Below are positions 47,817 through 60,900 of a stretch of DNA of 64,000 bases, in pieces (position 1 is the first letter of the stretch; every line of letters begins with the position of its first letter). Under the pieces are notes generated by a model. It ran no database searches. It was not told where the DNA came from and was given only the letters and a program-made list of their open reading frames with translations. The DNA is from Aplysia californica (Eukaryota): positions 1,142,127 through 1,206,126 of the forward strand of contig NW_004797290.1 in assembly GCF_000002075.1 (NCBI RefSeq). The letters run 5' to 3'. The position numbers and the translations under genes are program-made.

Positions 47817-48567
47817 CCCAATTCACCCTGCTTTGCCACGGCAGTGCACTTGTGTCCACCTGGCTTTCTGCGTGCCGGGGTGAAAAATCGGTCTGAACTC
47901 GACACACTAACCTTAGACACACTTTGTGCCCAAGTGCCCTAACTATTTAAGGTGTCAATATGAAATTTCTCTTAGATTTTACTTAAAATGTTCTTTTAAT
48001 ATTATTAGAGAGAAAGAGGAAGGAAAGAGCAAAGAAAACAATATATTTTTGTCTGACTGCGACTCCTCGGCACTTGATTTTGCCATAACAACTTAAATTT
48101 ATGGTCTAGATCTTGCTTTTCTTCGAAGTTTTCAAGGCACTAAAATCAATTTCATCGCCTTGTTTTTCTAGATTTACGTATACTTTCACTTTCTTTGCCG
48201 CTTATGTCTAAAACAAAACTAAAAACATGGTTCATGTATTTTAAAAGACACAAAAATAGCCGTGGCACTGGGTTTTTTTGTGGCTGTTTTTTCTCTTTTT
48301 CTCTTCCATGAAGATTTCAGTGCTCGCTTTCTTGCCATGATTTGCAGTGGCAAAACAACGAAACAAACTCGTATTTGGTGAAAAACTGGGTCGAAACGAG
48401 CTAGCATAAGTTTTTACATGCTACAAGCGACCTATTATTTTCAACAGAAACCTGGATAAGTGGTTCGGACTCGATCTTGTGGACTGCTATTTTGATACGA
48501 CTATTGTCTAGCTCGGTGGACGGAAGCGCGCGGCAGCTAGGAATATTCGTAGCTTGGGTGCAATGGG
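47817..48567. mobile_element. piggyBac-type non-autonomous element (degenerate)
   Basis: TTTA CCCAATTCACCC ... GGGTGCAATGGG TTAA. Confidence 0.5.
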
Positions 48568-49009
48568 TTAAGAGATGAGACCTCCGAAGTTAACGTGCAT
48601 CTCCAAAAGGACCGAGTGAAATACTGTAGGAATGTTCATTGCCTTTTCCAAAGGACGTGAAGTTGGGAGAAATTATGTCGATGTTTAGGTCTCTACTCAA
48701 ATAAACAAAAGGAAAGAAACCAAAATTTTTCTTACTATTTCAACGTTAGGTTAATTCCTTGCGAACCCCAGCATGTATACAATAATTGAACCGGCTCTAA
48801 CAGCCACCTGTACAAGACAATCACCTGTACAAAAGGCCACTTCCCATTTCCTCCCATTTTTTTACCTTACTATGACATTGTGTAAGACAGCCACTTGTCT
48901 AATACAGCCATTTTTTCCTCGACAATGGGTGGCCGTTTCAGACAATTTTGACTTTTATTTTATTTTATTTTTTTTGGTTAACGCTACTGTCTACTGATGG
49001 TTAGGATGT

Positions 49010-49185
49010 TTTTTTAGTTTTAGTAAGAGTTTAATGGCACTTGCAACGCAATAAGGTCATATAAGTGCCGAAGATTAGAAGTGTTACAAGAGAGTAACAA
49101 AACAAGAAAGGAGGAAAGATAAGTACGAAAGATGTTTAATAGGAAAGAAGGAGCAAACCACACCTGAGCACCATCAACCACCCAC
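49010..49185 (-). mobile_element. ~170-bp retroposon 3' tail family copy
   Basis: Reverse complement of 38945-39118. Confidence 0.8.
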
Positions 49186-50086
49186 AGGTTAGGATGTATA
49201 AAATTGTATCAGTTAGAAGATAATGAAAGTCGCATCGCATCTCTAACCATCTCGTCATTACATTTCATTGTTGACATCACATCTTGACCTTGAAAACGTC
49301 CTTCACAATTTCTTCATTATAGACTAGTGTGATTCTTTTGTCCTTGAGTCATCGTTGTATAGAGTATTTATTTGCCCTGTGATACCAGCATTGCCGTATT
49401 AGAATTTTTAAAGTAAGCTTTGGTCATTTTGAAGAGATACAAGGATTCCTGTTGGCGTTAAAGACATGAAACGTTAAGTTTTTATCAAGCATAGGTGGCA
49501 CACCTCTCTCACAAAAGTGACCATACTTCAGAGATTTCTAGTGATTTAAAAAAAAAAAGTGTCATCAGGAAAGGTCATTCTATGTGGAAATGCAATAAAC
49601 TACAAAAGTTTTTTTTAAAGCCCACGTGGACCTTTTTCTTAGGCATGCACTCATATTTGTAAACATTTGAGGGCTTTGCACGAGTCTGTTGCTGAAAACC
49701 TTGTTCAGAGTCAGTTTCTGGGTTCAGTTTTGTTCAAACATAGTGAAGTCTCTGAAAGGTTTCCCAAGGCTTAATTTAATTCGTCTGGTTTTGTAAAAAC
49801 TGATAAAACTAAAACACTCACATAAATTGGAAGGCTGTCCCTTGACATGTAGGCTATATCTACAAACTTAAATTGTGGGCTCATGCCCTATAGAAAGTCT
49901 TTAGTGACCACATCCGAGGTTGTACTTGCAGCCCATAATAGAATAATGGGTGACTATGTGCAAGTTATGGTGTGCGCGACAAACCGGTGCATTGAACGAG
50001 TAGCAAAAGTATTTTGTACAACCTATGCATTTTACCACTATATACTGACTTGTGGAACAACAGATTGCACCCTAGAGAACTACCGG

Positions 50087-50615
50087 GGGGCTCTCGTGGC
50101 CTAGAGGTTAAGGTGTTTGCCTCTCATTCAAAGGTCCCGGGTTCGAACCCAGGTAGCGACGGAAAAATGTTCTCTAAAATTGTCTCCTTTCACCTTCTTT
50201 ACTTCTCTCTTGCAATATTCTGTTGTCTGCTTTCGTCTCCACTTTCTTCCCCAACCCCTTCACCTTCTTTGCCTTCTCCACTGAGCTCCTGACTCTTTCT
50301 GCAGCCATTTTACTGTTACTCCTTGGCTCCTTACTACTGCTGTCTTTCAACCATACCCCTGATCTTCTGGTAGGAAAGATCTACACCTAGCCTTCTCGGA
50401 CATGGGCGAAAAATCTCTGAGGTCCCGTGTGCAAGCTGCACACGTTAAAGATCCCTTGATGGTCTAAATTAGATAAGAATAGGCTTCAGCCGCCACCCGG
50501 GCAGAATTCAAAACTTCCTACCAACTGAAAATGTTTGGGGTGTCCCGCACCCTCATATGACCTTATCATGCCTTATGCAGTTGCAAGCGCAAACACTTGC
50601 AAAAAAGAAAGAGAA
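50087..50615 (+). mobile_element. tRNA-derived SINE with Deu/Nin-like central domain
   Basis: A box TGGCCTAGAGG, B box GGTTCGAACCC, GAGGTCCCGTGTG...CGTTAAAGATCCC domain, A-rich tail; second copy at 10670-11225. Confidence 0.88.
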
Positions 50616-51891
50616 CTCCTTAGCTCAGTTTGTATCATATTGGACTTCCAAAAAGAAGGCTTTAGTTCGAATCCTGTACAGAACGTTCTCCAACTCGGGT
50701 ACTTTTACGGAATTTTCAAGGCTCTCAACCCATTTGGTTTGAACCTATCGGAGATAAACATGGACTTCAAAGGTCCCGTCTCTTGAATAACGTAGCAATA
50801 GTGTTGATGGTGGGCGTTAAACCCAGACTTACACTCTCAACTCTCTCTCTCTGGCTTTGTCTCTTATTAATAACAACGCCACCTTTTCTGTAACTGAAGA
50901 TGTCTTCTGCCATTCATATAATCAAGACAACAAACATTATTTGCTCTTTTCTCTTTAGTTTTAATTTTTTTGTATGGGTCACAAGTACAAGAGAGACATT
51001 ACGCCATAACATAATATAATTTCCAATAAACTGGTATCAGTCATATTTTCATCAACATCCAAACTGAGCCTTCCAACTTCCAGTAAAGGTAGATCACCCT
51101 GATTATAACGAATGAATCACATGCAATGAAATAGACTAGTCTTACTTCATAGGCAGACAAGGCTTTTGCACCCTTCTGATAAGAACATGTCAATCACAGA
51201 ATATTATTATTCTGCTTGACTTTATCCAGTTATCTCCAGCAAACTCAGCTTTTCATATATAAATCTTTGCAAAAATTAATGCATTTAATTTATATTGCAA
51301 AAAGTCACAATCTGGTTCATGCAGCTATTTTGATTCAAATCTCAAATGTTTACTTGTCAGTGTTAAATTACAGTAAATCTATTATAGGCATAGTGATTTA
51401 CTTTCCATTAACCAATCCCAGACTTGTTTGAGTTATCCTTCCATGACTGTATATTTTGTACTTGTTTGGAATGATAAAACAATACTGACCAAAAAAGAGA
51501 ACTACAGGGACAAAGTATAAAGGCAGTAAATTGGAACACAAACAGCTCTGTATAAAAACTCATGATTGTCCCACTAAAAAAATCCATAAGAGCCACGAGC
51601 ATGTTACAAAAGTAATAACAGTGTATTTAGTAATAAAGTCCACTGGTCCTCTCATTCATTTATATATGTAATAGCCATCACATTTCATACATAAAATGAA
51701 CAATTATAAATAAATGAAAAGCATTTTGAGCCATCACAGAGAAGCTTTCTAGAGGAACTCATGTAAAGGTTTCTCAAGATACAGCCGAGTATTTAAAAAC
51801 AAGCCATGTAGTCTCACCACAGCTAGCATGATATCCAAATGGAATGCACAATCATAAGTTTTGACTATTGTACAACTACAAATCGAACCCA

Positions 51892-51966
51892 TTATACAAT
51901 CCCATCTGAACTTAGTAAAAGCTTCCTTACTGTCTGATTTCGTCTCACATGCTGCATTTCTGCATT
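51892..51966 (-). CDS. WDR41: WDR41 terminal coding exon
   Basis: NAEMQHVRRNQTVRKLLLSSDGIV*. Confidence 0.85.
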   Translation of the reverse strand, partial: NAEMQHVRRNQTVRKLLLSSDGIV

Positions 51967-54900
51967 CTGAAAAGCAAGATAGAAATGTTAGACCATTGTA
52001 CTGAAGAGTTAAATCTCTAACAAAACATTAAACTGCTCAATTTTGTGAATCTGTTAGCTATTGATCGCAGCAACAAGCATTTGTTGCCTCTCCTTACATT
52101 ACATGGCTAGAAAAAAAGTCATTTTCCATTGACATGAAAAGTTGGAGAAAACAACCAAGCAACTTTTGATTGGTGCAGTTCGAACCCATTTATAAGGGAC
52201 AAAATGTATCTCTAAGGGAAGTAACATCAATTATTATCCTCCTGATTTGAACAGGTTCCCATTTATTCACACTTCCCACAAAACAAACTCATATATAAAG
52301 AGATGAATCATCCAAAGCACTAAACGCAGGCCCAGACTTCTGCACTGAAATGACTCATCACAACTCTCACTGCCCTCACCTTCCAAATAATGACAACACC
52401 ATCAGCACCACAAGAAACGATTCCTTCGTGATCAAAGTCCAAGAAACCCTATTAAAAAAAGACAAAAAACTTCATAAAATCAAACTGTTAACAGTACCCT
52501 TCCTAAAAGTGAAAAACAACAATATTCAAGCTAATAAAATGTCATAGTTCGCACTAGCAAAGAAAATAACGTGGTAAAAACCATCTCTTATGACCTTTTC
52601 AGGACTTTCATTTTTATAAAGATAAGAAAGAACATAGACATAAATCAGAGACATAATATGGATCAAATACAGTTGAACCTTCCCAAGATACCACCCATTG
52701 TTGAAAAGAAAAGTCGTCATCCTATAAAGGTGGTTCTCTTGGACAGTATAATTAATTATAATACAGAATAAACACAAGATGGGAAGTGGTAATTTGTACT
52801 GGTGATTGTCTTGGACAGGCGGTTGTTAGAGCAGGTTCGACCGTAAAAGCTAACTTTAAAAATACGATGGACATTGTCTTGAAATCACTAACAGTAAGAG
52901 AGTAGTAATGAAACTGTCACTTATTCATAATCCTGAGAAGAAACAATGCTATTGAAACAGACTTGTAATAATTCTATTGCATGACCTCGAGGCTTTCCCT
53001 TCAGCAGACTGATGAAAACTTAGAATTTACTACATCAAAGCAAACAAGGAATAGTTCAATTTGCTAGAAATGAAATCTCAACATAAGTGTTTCGCAGTAG
53101 ATCTTGCCCACACACTACACAGTTCAGTTGCGTGTTGCAAGTCCGTGGTCGTGTGAAGACACATACCCAGCACTGTCGCCACATGTGTAATTGCACTCCT
53201 TCTTCAAAAGAGATAACACACTATATAACAAGTTACCAGTTATTGGAAAGATAGATCCAGTATTAATCATTTAATACTAACACTATTCATAGAATGATCT
53301 TGACAAACCAACCTGCACACTGCCTCCGTGAGCCGACAGCTCCCCCAGCAGACTCGGTTCCCATGGATACTGGGAGGACACCTGGTGTAACTCCTGGGAC
53401 CTGGAAACACACAACACAACAATCTCTTCTATGGACTTTGGATAAGACTTACTTATTAAAAATCTCACATAAATTATACATATAACAAAACCCAATCTGG
53501 TGGTACCAGAAACTATAAGACACCTTTTAAAAGAACTTTTATATTCAAATATTTCTTTCTCAACTTAACAAATACAATCTGAAAAAAATAAGACAAGTGA
53601 AAAACTATGCATGTTCATAACTAAGAAAAAAAGAGAACATTATATCAGCAAATGCTTTCTTCACAGCAAGGGAAAAATCTCTCTCCAATTGCAAAAACCA
53701 ATGGCGTCATCAGTCTCACCAACAGACACCAGTACACTGAGAGGAACAAAGTACATCATCTCATGTAACTCTGTACTATGGTTCTTTTCTTACTCACTGA
53801 AGCCCAGTAAACTTTTCCATGGTTGTGACTGCCATGCCATCTCGTGCATTCCAGTGATCAGTGGATGGTTTTTTACCCCACAGTCGTAGGCATTTGTCTT
53901 CTGAACAAGTCACCAAGAATTCACTTTAAAAAAGAAAAGTAGCACAGTTTTGTCAAATTCAAAGTAAGCAATGATATTCACATATGTACAAAAGTACAAA
54001 TAAACCTTTCTTTCAAGTCTCATTTCCCAGACAAAATCTTTTCGTAAAGCTGATACAGCTAATAAAAAGGATACAAGACTATTTCATAATAACCTTTGAG
54101 GATAAAAATGCATTTGAAAAGAAGGGGCTCAAACTCAAAGGGTTCATATTGAGTCTGCGTTATAAAATCAAACTGAAAGCTTATAAATGTAGAACAAATT
54201 ATTACACAGGGGTACAATTTAGATGAAAATGGATTTATTTATTTCTCTTTTGAGACAAATCTTACTACTGTATTCACTTACAAACTTTTCAAATGGTATA
54301 ATTTTTACATAATTTAGATGGGGGAATTGCAGTCGTTCTAGCTATTCTCACATAGCCACATGACACCAAGGTACAACTGTGTCTCCATTTTCGCAAGTTA
54401 CATTTTAATGATCAAAAAAGGCATAATATATTTCTTTCACATAGCTCTTTTAGTCTCCATAATCATATGTTTAAAAATCAGAACAAAATTCAATTTTTTT
54501 AGCCTTTTTAGCCGAAAAAATGCATAAGCAGGACATTGAAACATTGAAGCTAATTTAAACACTGAATACAGTAGTGTCCGCCTAAGATCCCATCTCTTAC
54601 GATCCTGCTGTTTTAAGAAAACATAACTTTTACGAAAGAAAAGTCACCCTAAGATCCCACTCTTAAGGACTACATTCGGCTACGACCCTGTATTTCATAT
54701 CTTAATTAACAGAACACAAAAACCCTCGCCAGAGGAGATGATCAACCAAGCAGTGAAAATGTGGGATCGTTGAACCGTCTGTTGCATCACAGATCAGCCA
54801 CCCTTGTGATCACATCCCTGTTATAAATCACGATGAAACTTTAAATGTTTGCCCAGATGGGATCACACTGAGGCGAGAACTCCATGACCCGTTTTTCACA

Positions 54901-57900
54901 AACATCACACTCCATTTAGAATTCTCCACCAGAACTTACATCATACGATGGATGGATAAGGTGAGGCCACAACACAAAAGAGTGTTAAGTCAGAGGTGGG
55001 GGGGGTCTCAATCAGAGATGGAAAAGTACAGATAAATTTTGGACAAGTAAAGGGGAGGAGCAATAGGATCAGCGTAGATCTTGGGACTTGCGATTGGATT
55101 AATAAAAATGGTATGCCTCATGTTATTGTGACCGGTCATCAATATCATCACTCTTTGCTCGCCAAAAGTTATAAACCCACTCCGGGGGTCACATCAGTTC
55201 ATTTTGGAATTTTGGAAAATCATTTTACACCCATTTTGGGCTTGAACACGAATCGCCGTGGATTCTCCCCTTGGTGCGTCGACAAAGATCCTGTTTGCCT
55301 TAGACCCTGCATCTGCCTTACTCCCAAGCACCAGGATCTTAGGCAGAGACTACTGTATCCGTATCTAAAGTTGTACAAAAACAGCAGGACAAAACATTAC
55401 CCCTCTGAAGCAAATCCCATGCAAGTGACCTTCGAGAAATGAGCGGACTTCTTTTGCACCACTAAATGCTCTTTCTCAGCGTTGATTTCGAATACATAAA
55501 AACCACAGCCAACTGCTGCAAACAGATAACGCTGAGGAGACAATAACACAACACAATTTTGGCTATTCATTCAAGACTGATTTATCAAAGGAAAATAGTA
55601 TTCACATGACATGCCCTGGGGCATGGCATCTTCCCAGCTTTCAGTTTTAAAATAGGAATAGAAAAGAAGGTATAACTTTACAAGTTTCAAGAGAGTTGCA
55701 CACATGAATGTTGCATGGTATAACATCCATTGAAAAAATACAACTGCAAGGGAAATCCCGAACCTTTACATACAAGCTGTTTGTCGCTGCTACTTGTAGA
55801 ATGATCGGATAAACTAGTTCGCCAATATGGTAGTAAATTAATTACTTCCATTTTATTTATTTCATGAGCATGAAAAACAATGAATGTGGCAACCAGGTTC
55901 TGAAAGAAGAATTAGAATTTAAAAATACAATAAAAGATCAAACCTTTTATTTTGTTCAGTACAGTACCTCCACTTTCTTCTCCATTGCTGCACTCCACTA
56001 TTTGGGTTTCCTACATGATTCTAAATGTGTTGATGGGGAGGTTTGTAAGATTTGGCTCATTTTATTGACAAGGATATTTAGGGGGGGGGAGATTTTAAGG
56101 GGGCATAGGATAAGTACAAAAATCAACACAACAGTCATCCCATAGGACCAAAAACCAGATTCTTATTCTATGAACATACCTCCTGAACACACATCATACT
56201 TTGAACACTGTAAGGAAACCTCCGATTGGCTCCTTCATACTCTGTTACAGCATTGAGCCTCCGGGCTGGCTGAAGGTTGGAAGCGGTCCAGATGATGATC
56301 ATACCATCCACTGACCCACTGGCAAAACATGATGCTGGAAAATGTTTTAGTTTTAGTAAGAGTATTACAGCACTTGCAACAAAATCAGGTCATATTAGTG
56401 CCGAAGATTAGAGGTGTTATAAAAGAGTAACAAACACAAAAAAGAAGGAGGAGAGAGATAAGGATATTAGATGTTTGATAGAAAAGAAAGAGCAAACTAC
56501 ACCAGAGCACCCGACAACCACCAAGTAAGTTGGAAAAAGCCAAAAGAGAATTAGGAAAGGTGTACACAAAAACAGGGACAGAAGAAGAAGCCAGGTGTTG
56601 AACTGTGGCAATCATCAGCAATGACATGTCTGAATTTTGTAGTGGCAATCATCAGCAATGACGTGTCTGAATTTTGTAGTGGCAATCATCAGCAATGACG
56701 TGTCTGAATTTTGTATATTCTATACTATGTGCTGTGGACGCAACATTCAAATACCAATCCATAAATTGATTTAAGCAAGAATTGTACAAGACGTTGTATC
56801 TCAAATGACACCATAGGGATCAATATCAAAGGTGGCATTTTTTTCTTTCTATTCTTTTTTAAAAAAATTTTTGAGAAAAAATTCTGTCCTGTACAACCTT
56901 TTTTCTTAGATAATAAAGGCAAAAGTTTTAATACTGACACAATAGTGAAGTACAATTTGATTTTTAACCAAAGTGCAGCTGTGATGTGTTCAGCTTTTCA
57001 AAATAAAATACAGTCCATGCCGGCTTTAAGCACGGTCACCGGGAGAAAGCCTAAGCGTGCTTAATGCCGAAGCATGCTTGAGTGCAAAGTAGACATAATC
57101 CAGAGATTTTCATGTAGAAAATTCCCCGTGCTATTTCCCTTTGTTTGTAAGTAGGCCTATAGCGGTCCCCCAAAAGTGTGCACTGTTATTTTTACCCGCC
57201 ATGGTAGTTTTCGTTTGCTTGTTTGTTTTTGTTTTGTGATTGATTGGGAAATGAAAACTTAATTAAGACGTGTAATTTATATAGCAAAAATTTTGTAAGA
57301 GCCGTTTAGCGTGCTTGAGTCCGAAACGTGTTTTATGCCGGCGTGCTTAAAGCCGGCACAGACTGTAACACAAAGGAAAGGTAATGAAATAGGCTGGAGC
57401 AACTAAATCAGGTGCACTAGAATCTGCTAGGAGAAATACAGTTATTCCTGAGAGCTGACATCTGTTTTTGAAATGCCTTACAAATCAGATATGCAGGGGC
57501 AAAAGCTGAATTGTGTGAATGGGTAATCAAAGTGAGACAAAGAACCAGGTAAAAATGAGGCCACACATACAAAAATTTCCCACAATATGAACATAATTTG
57601 GTGGCATCACTGAGTCATTGAATAATTCTGTTTCCACTTTGGGAAAAATGCAATTATAACTTTTTAACTCACGGTGGGGATAATCATAATGGTCTCAATA
57701 TTTTTCAACCATGATCTGATTATAGAGCAGTAAAAAGTTGAGGAAAAAAAAAACGAGCACCCCCAGTAGCCACGAGATTATTAGCCCCCCACTCAAACCC
57801 CACACAGAAGTGCAGGCTGTTATAGCCGTAAATGTTCCCACAAGCTGTTTTTCCCCCCTTTGTCTTGTCGTCATTTGAGGCTTTTACGCTTCCTGTCCGT

Positions 57901-60900
57901 GACTTTAACGCCCTGTTTCACACCTATACACCCCTCCCATGGCGGAACATTGCACAATATGGTTCAGTAGTTACCATAACGAACCGGTTAGCAGGAAGGG
58001 TAACTATGGCACAACCGTTGCCCCCGGCTCTGTGCCTGTGTGTGCCTGGGTTGTGCCCCATTTCTATCCTGGGAGAGAGACGGTGCTGGGTGGTTGGCGG
58101 GTGCTCTGGTGTGGTTTGCTCCTACTTTCCTATCAAACATGTTCTATCGCCCGTATCCCCCTCCTTTTTTGTGTTTGTTACTCTCTTGTAGCACCTCTAT
58201 CTTGGGCACTTATAAGAATCTGTTTTGTTGCAAGTTGCAAGTGCCGTAATATTCTTACTAAACCCGTGACACTAAGAGACGGTGGGCACCTCCTGTTGGT
58301 TGTGGTGGCTTTCTGGTGCGTTTGTTTTATAGTGTGTGCGTGTGTATGCGTGTTTTGGTGTGTGTGTGTGTGTGTGTGTGTGTGTGNNNNNNNNNNNNNN
58401 NNNNNNNNNNNNNNNNNNNNNNNNNNNNNNNNNNNNNNNNNNNNNNNNNNNNNNNNNNNNNNNNNNNNNNNNNNNNNNNNNNNNNNNNNNNNNNNNNNNN
58501 NNNNNNNNNNNNNNNNNNNNNNNNNNNNNNNNNNNNNNNNNNNNNNNNNNNNNNNNNNNNNNNNNNNNNNNNNNNNNNNNNNNNNNNNNNNNNNNNNNNN
58601 NNNNNNNNNNNNNNNNNNNNNNNNNNNNNNNNNNNNNNNNNNNNNNNNNNNNNNNNNNNNNNNNNNNNNNNNNNNNNNNNNNNNNNNNNNNNNNNNNNNN
58701 NNNNNNNNNNNNNNNNNNNNNNNNNNNNNNNNNNNNNNNNNNNNNNNNNNNNNNNNNNNNNNNNNNNNNNNNNNNNNNNNNNNNNNNNNNNNNNNNNNNN
58801 NNNNNNNNNNNNNNNNNNNNNNNNNNNNNNNNNNNNNNNNNNNNNNNNNNNNNNNNNNNNNNNNNNNNNNNNNNNNNNNNNNNNNNNNNNNNNNNNNNNN
58901 NNNNNNNNNNNNNNNNNNNNNNNNNNNNNNNNNNNNNNNNNNNAGGGCCTTGCATTCCGATCTCCTCTTCAGGGCCACTATAGATGTTGTTTGTTCCATC
59001 TTTTCTATAGGCGTTGACCTCATTGCTCCAGAGATTATTGGGAGAGCCTGGTTTTGCACTTTTTCCGGAGTGTATTTGTGAGTCTGTGCTGCAGTCATCC
59101 ATGCACTGGATCCGTACTCGAGATGGGGCCTGATTGCGCCAAGATAGACCTGTCTAAGTGTTTTCTCATTTGCTCCCCACTGAGTCTCTGCTAGTTTTCT
59201 CATGATGTTAAGTTTCTTCCTGGCTTTAGTTTCTGCATTTTGAATGTGTTGTTTCCATGTGAGACGCTTGTCAAAGATTATTCCAAGTAACTTCTGTTGA
59301 TTCTCGAACTTTAGGGGGGTTTTGTCTAATGTGAGGTGTTTTGGCTCAGCCTGGCTGAGAGTGAAGAGTGTAGCAGAAGACTTTTCTTTGTTTACGGTTA
59401 CACACCAGGTTTTTGTCCATGTAGTGAGTTTGCCCAATGCTAGTTGCATACGATATGTGGCAGTAGTGATGAATTCCTCAGAGCACCAAAGAACCAGGTC
59501 GTCTGTATACAATGCGGCATGTATTCCTTAGGGCAGTTCTTTCATGAGGTCATTGATGAAGATGATAAAGACCAAAGGTGACCTGACTCCACCTTGGGGT
59601 ACACCTTGTCGCAGCAGCATTTTCCATCCTTGATATCCATCCACTAGCACACGTGCTCTTCTGTTGTGTAGATAGGATTTGGTCCATTGGTACATGTTGC
59701 CTCGGATACCACTTCTATATAATCAGTGCTTGTGACTGCTTGTGAAAATGGCCCGAAAGGGGTGAGCAGGGTATTTATGTAGTAATGAAACAGTTTCGAG
59801 TGTTGTACACATGACTCATATTTGAACTTTAAAAATTTATAACATCTATGGGTGTATTTGACTGCAACGATGGTCCCAAATTAGGCCTACAGAAGGGAAA
59901 CAATGATTGTTTGATTATGTAGACGCTTCCCCCCTCTAAATGCATGACAAAGAAAATGAATTATATGTGAGGCAGCGTGGTGGAATCAGGCTCTCGTCAA
60001 AATAATTAAAGTGAAGAAACTTGCATTTTTCCGTAGGTTGGTGAATTTTTATCCAATTTTTTTTTTTGCCTCAAGACTTTTCATGCCCATTAAAGAACTC
60101 ATTTCTGTGTGGATTTTTCAGAAAAACGTTGAATAAAGGCACAAAAACTGTAAATTTTCAGTTGCCACGGACTCCAATTAAAGACAAGTGAACAAGCTTT
60201 AAGATGATACCAATAACTCTGCATGCCCAAAAATTGACGAGAGCCTGATTCAACCATGCTGCCTCACATATTCAGAAACAGATAACACCAACAAGGAAAA
60301 CTCTAAATCATGGATAGCTCATACAATTTGCCATTCCCTAACTGATATTCCTTTCATTTTTCTTTATCGGTTTACCCAAATCATGGATGTGTCGAAAACA
60401 TTTGTCAATCCCTGACGTGTTTGAGTTATCCATGTCCAACTGTATTTGGAGGTGGAAAAATCAGTCACAAAAATTGAAATATGACCTTGCAAGAGAGGAG
60501 TCTTTTTTAGTTTAATTCTAGTAAGGTTTTTACGGCGCTCGCAACTGCATAAGGTCATTATATGAGCGCCAAGGGGTTAATGCCAACAGAGAAGTCCAAA
60601 CGGGGAATCAGGCTTACTCTGCTCACCTCTCTAGCCCCAACAGCACAAAGTCTGCTTTGACTATCAAGGCATCCTGGAAATAGTAGTTCACAAGAGAGTG
60701 ACAAACATTTTTAAAAAGTAGCGGAAAAATGACGATAGTAAAAATGAGGAAAGAAAAAACAGCAGTTCCCCCAGTGTTGTTCTGGTACAGAATGAGCATG
60801 ACATTAATAAATCAGCCCATTTACAATTCTACTGTGCATTAGAACAAGTTAATATCCTCCCTTTGGGAATGGCCTAAAGACACTTCAGTCAGTAGCACTG

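Noticed and set aside
50087-50160. Functional tRNA gene (also 11160-11225, 2119-2189, 44285-44345)
   Set aside because: A and B boxes are present but the cloverleaf stems are broken; the 50087 and 11160 copies continue into a SINE body.
54996-55442. 148-aa plus-strand ORF
   Set aside because: Non-ATG start, no recognisable motif, antisense to a WDR41 intron/exon.
56605-56715. 37-bp repeats as a CRISPR array
   Set aside because: Contiguous copies without spacers, inside a WDR41 intron.
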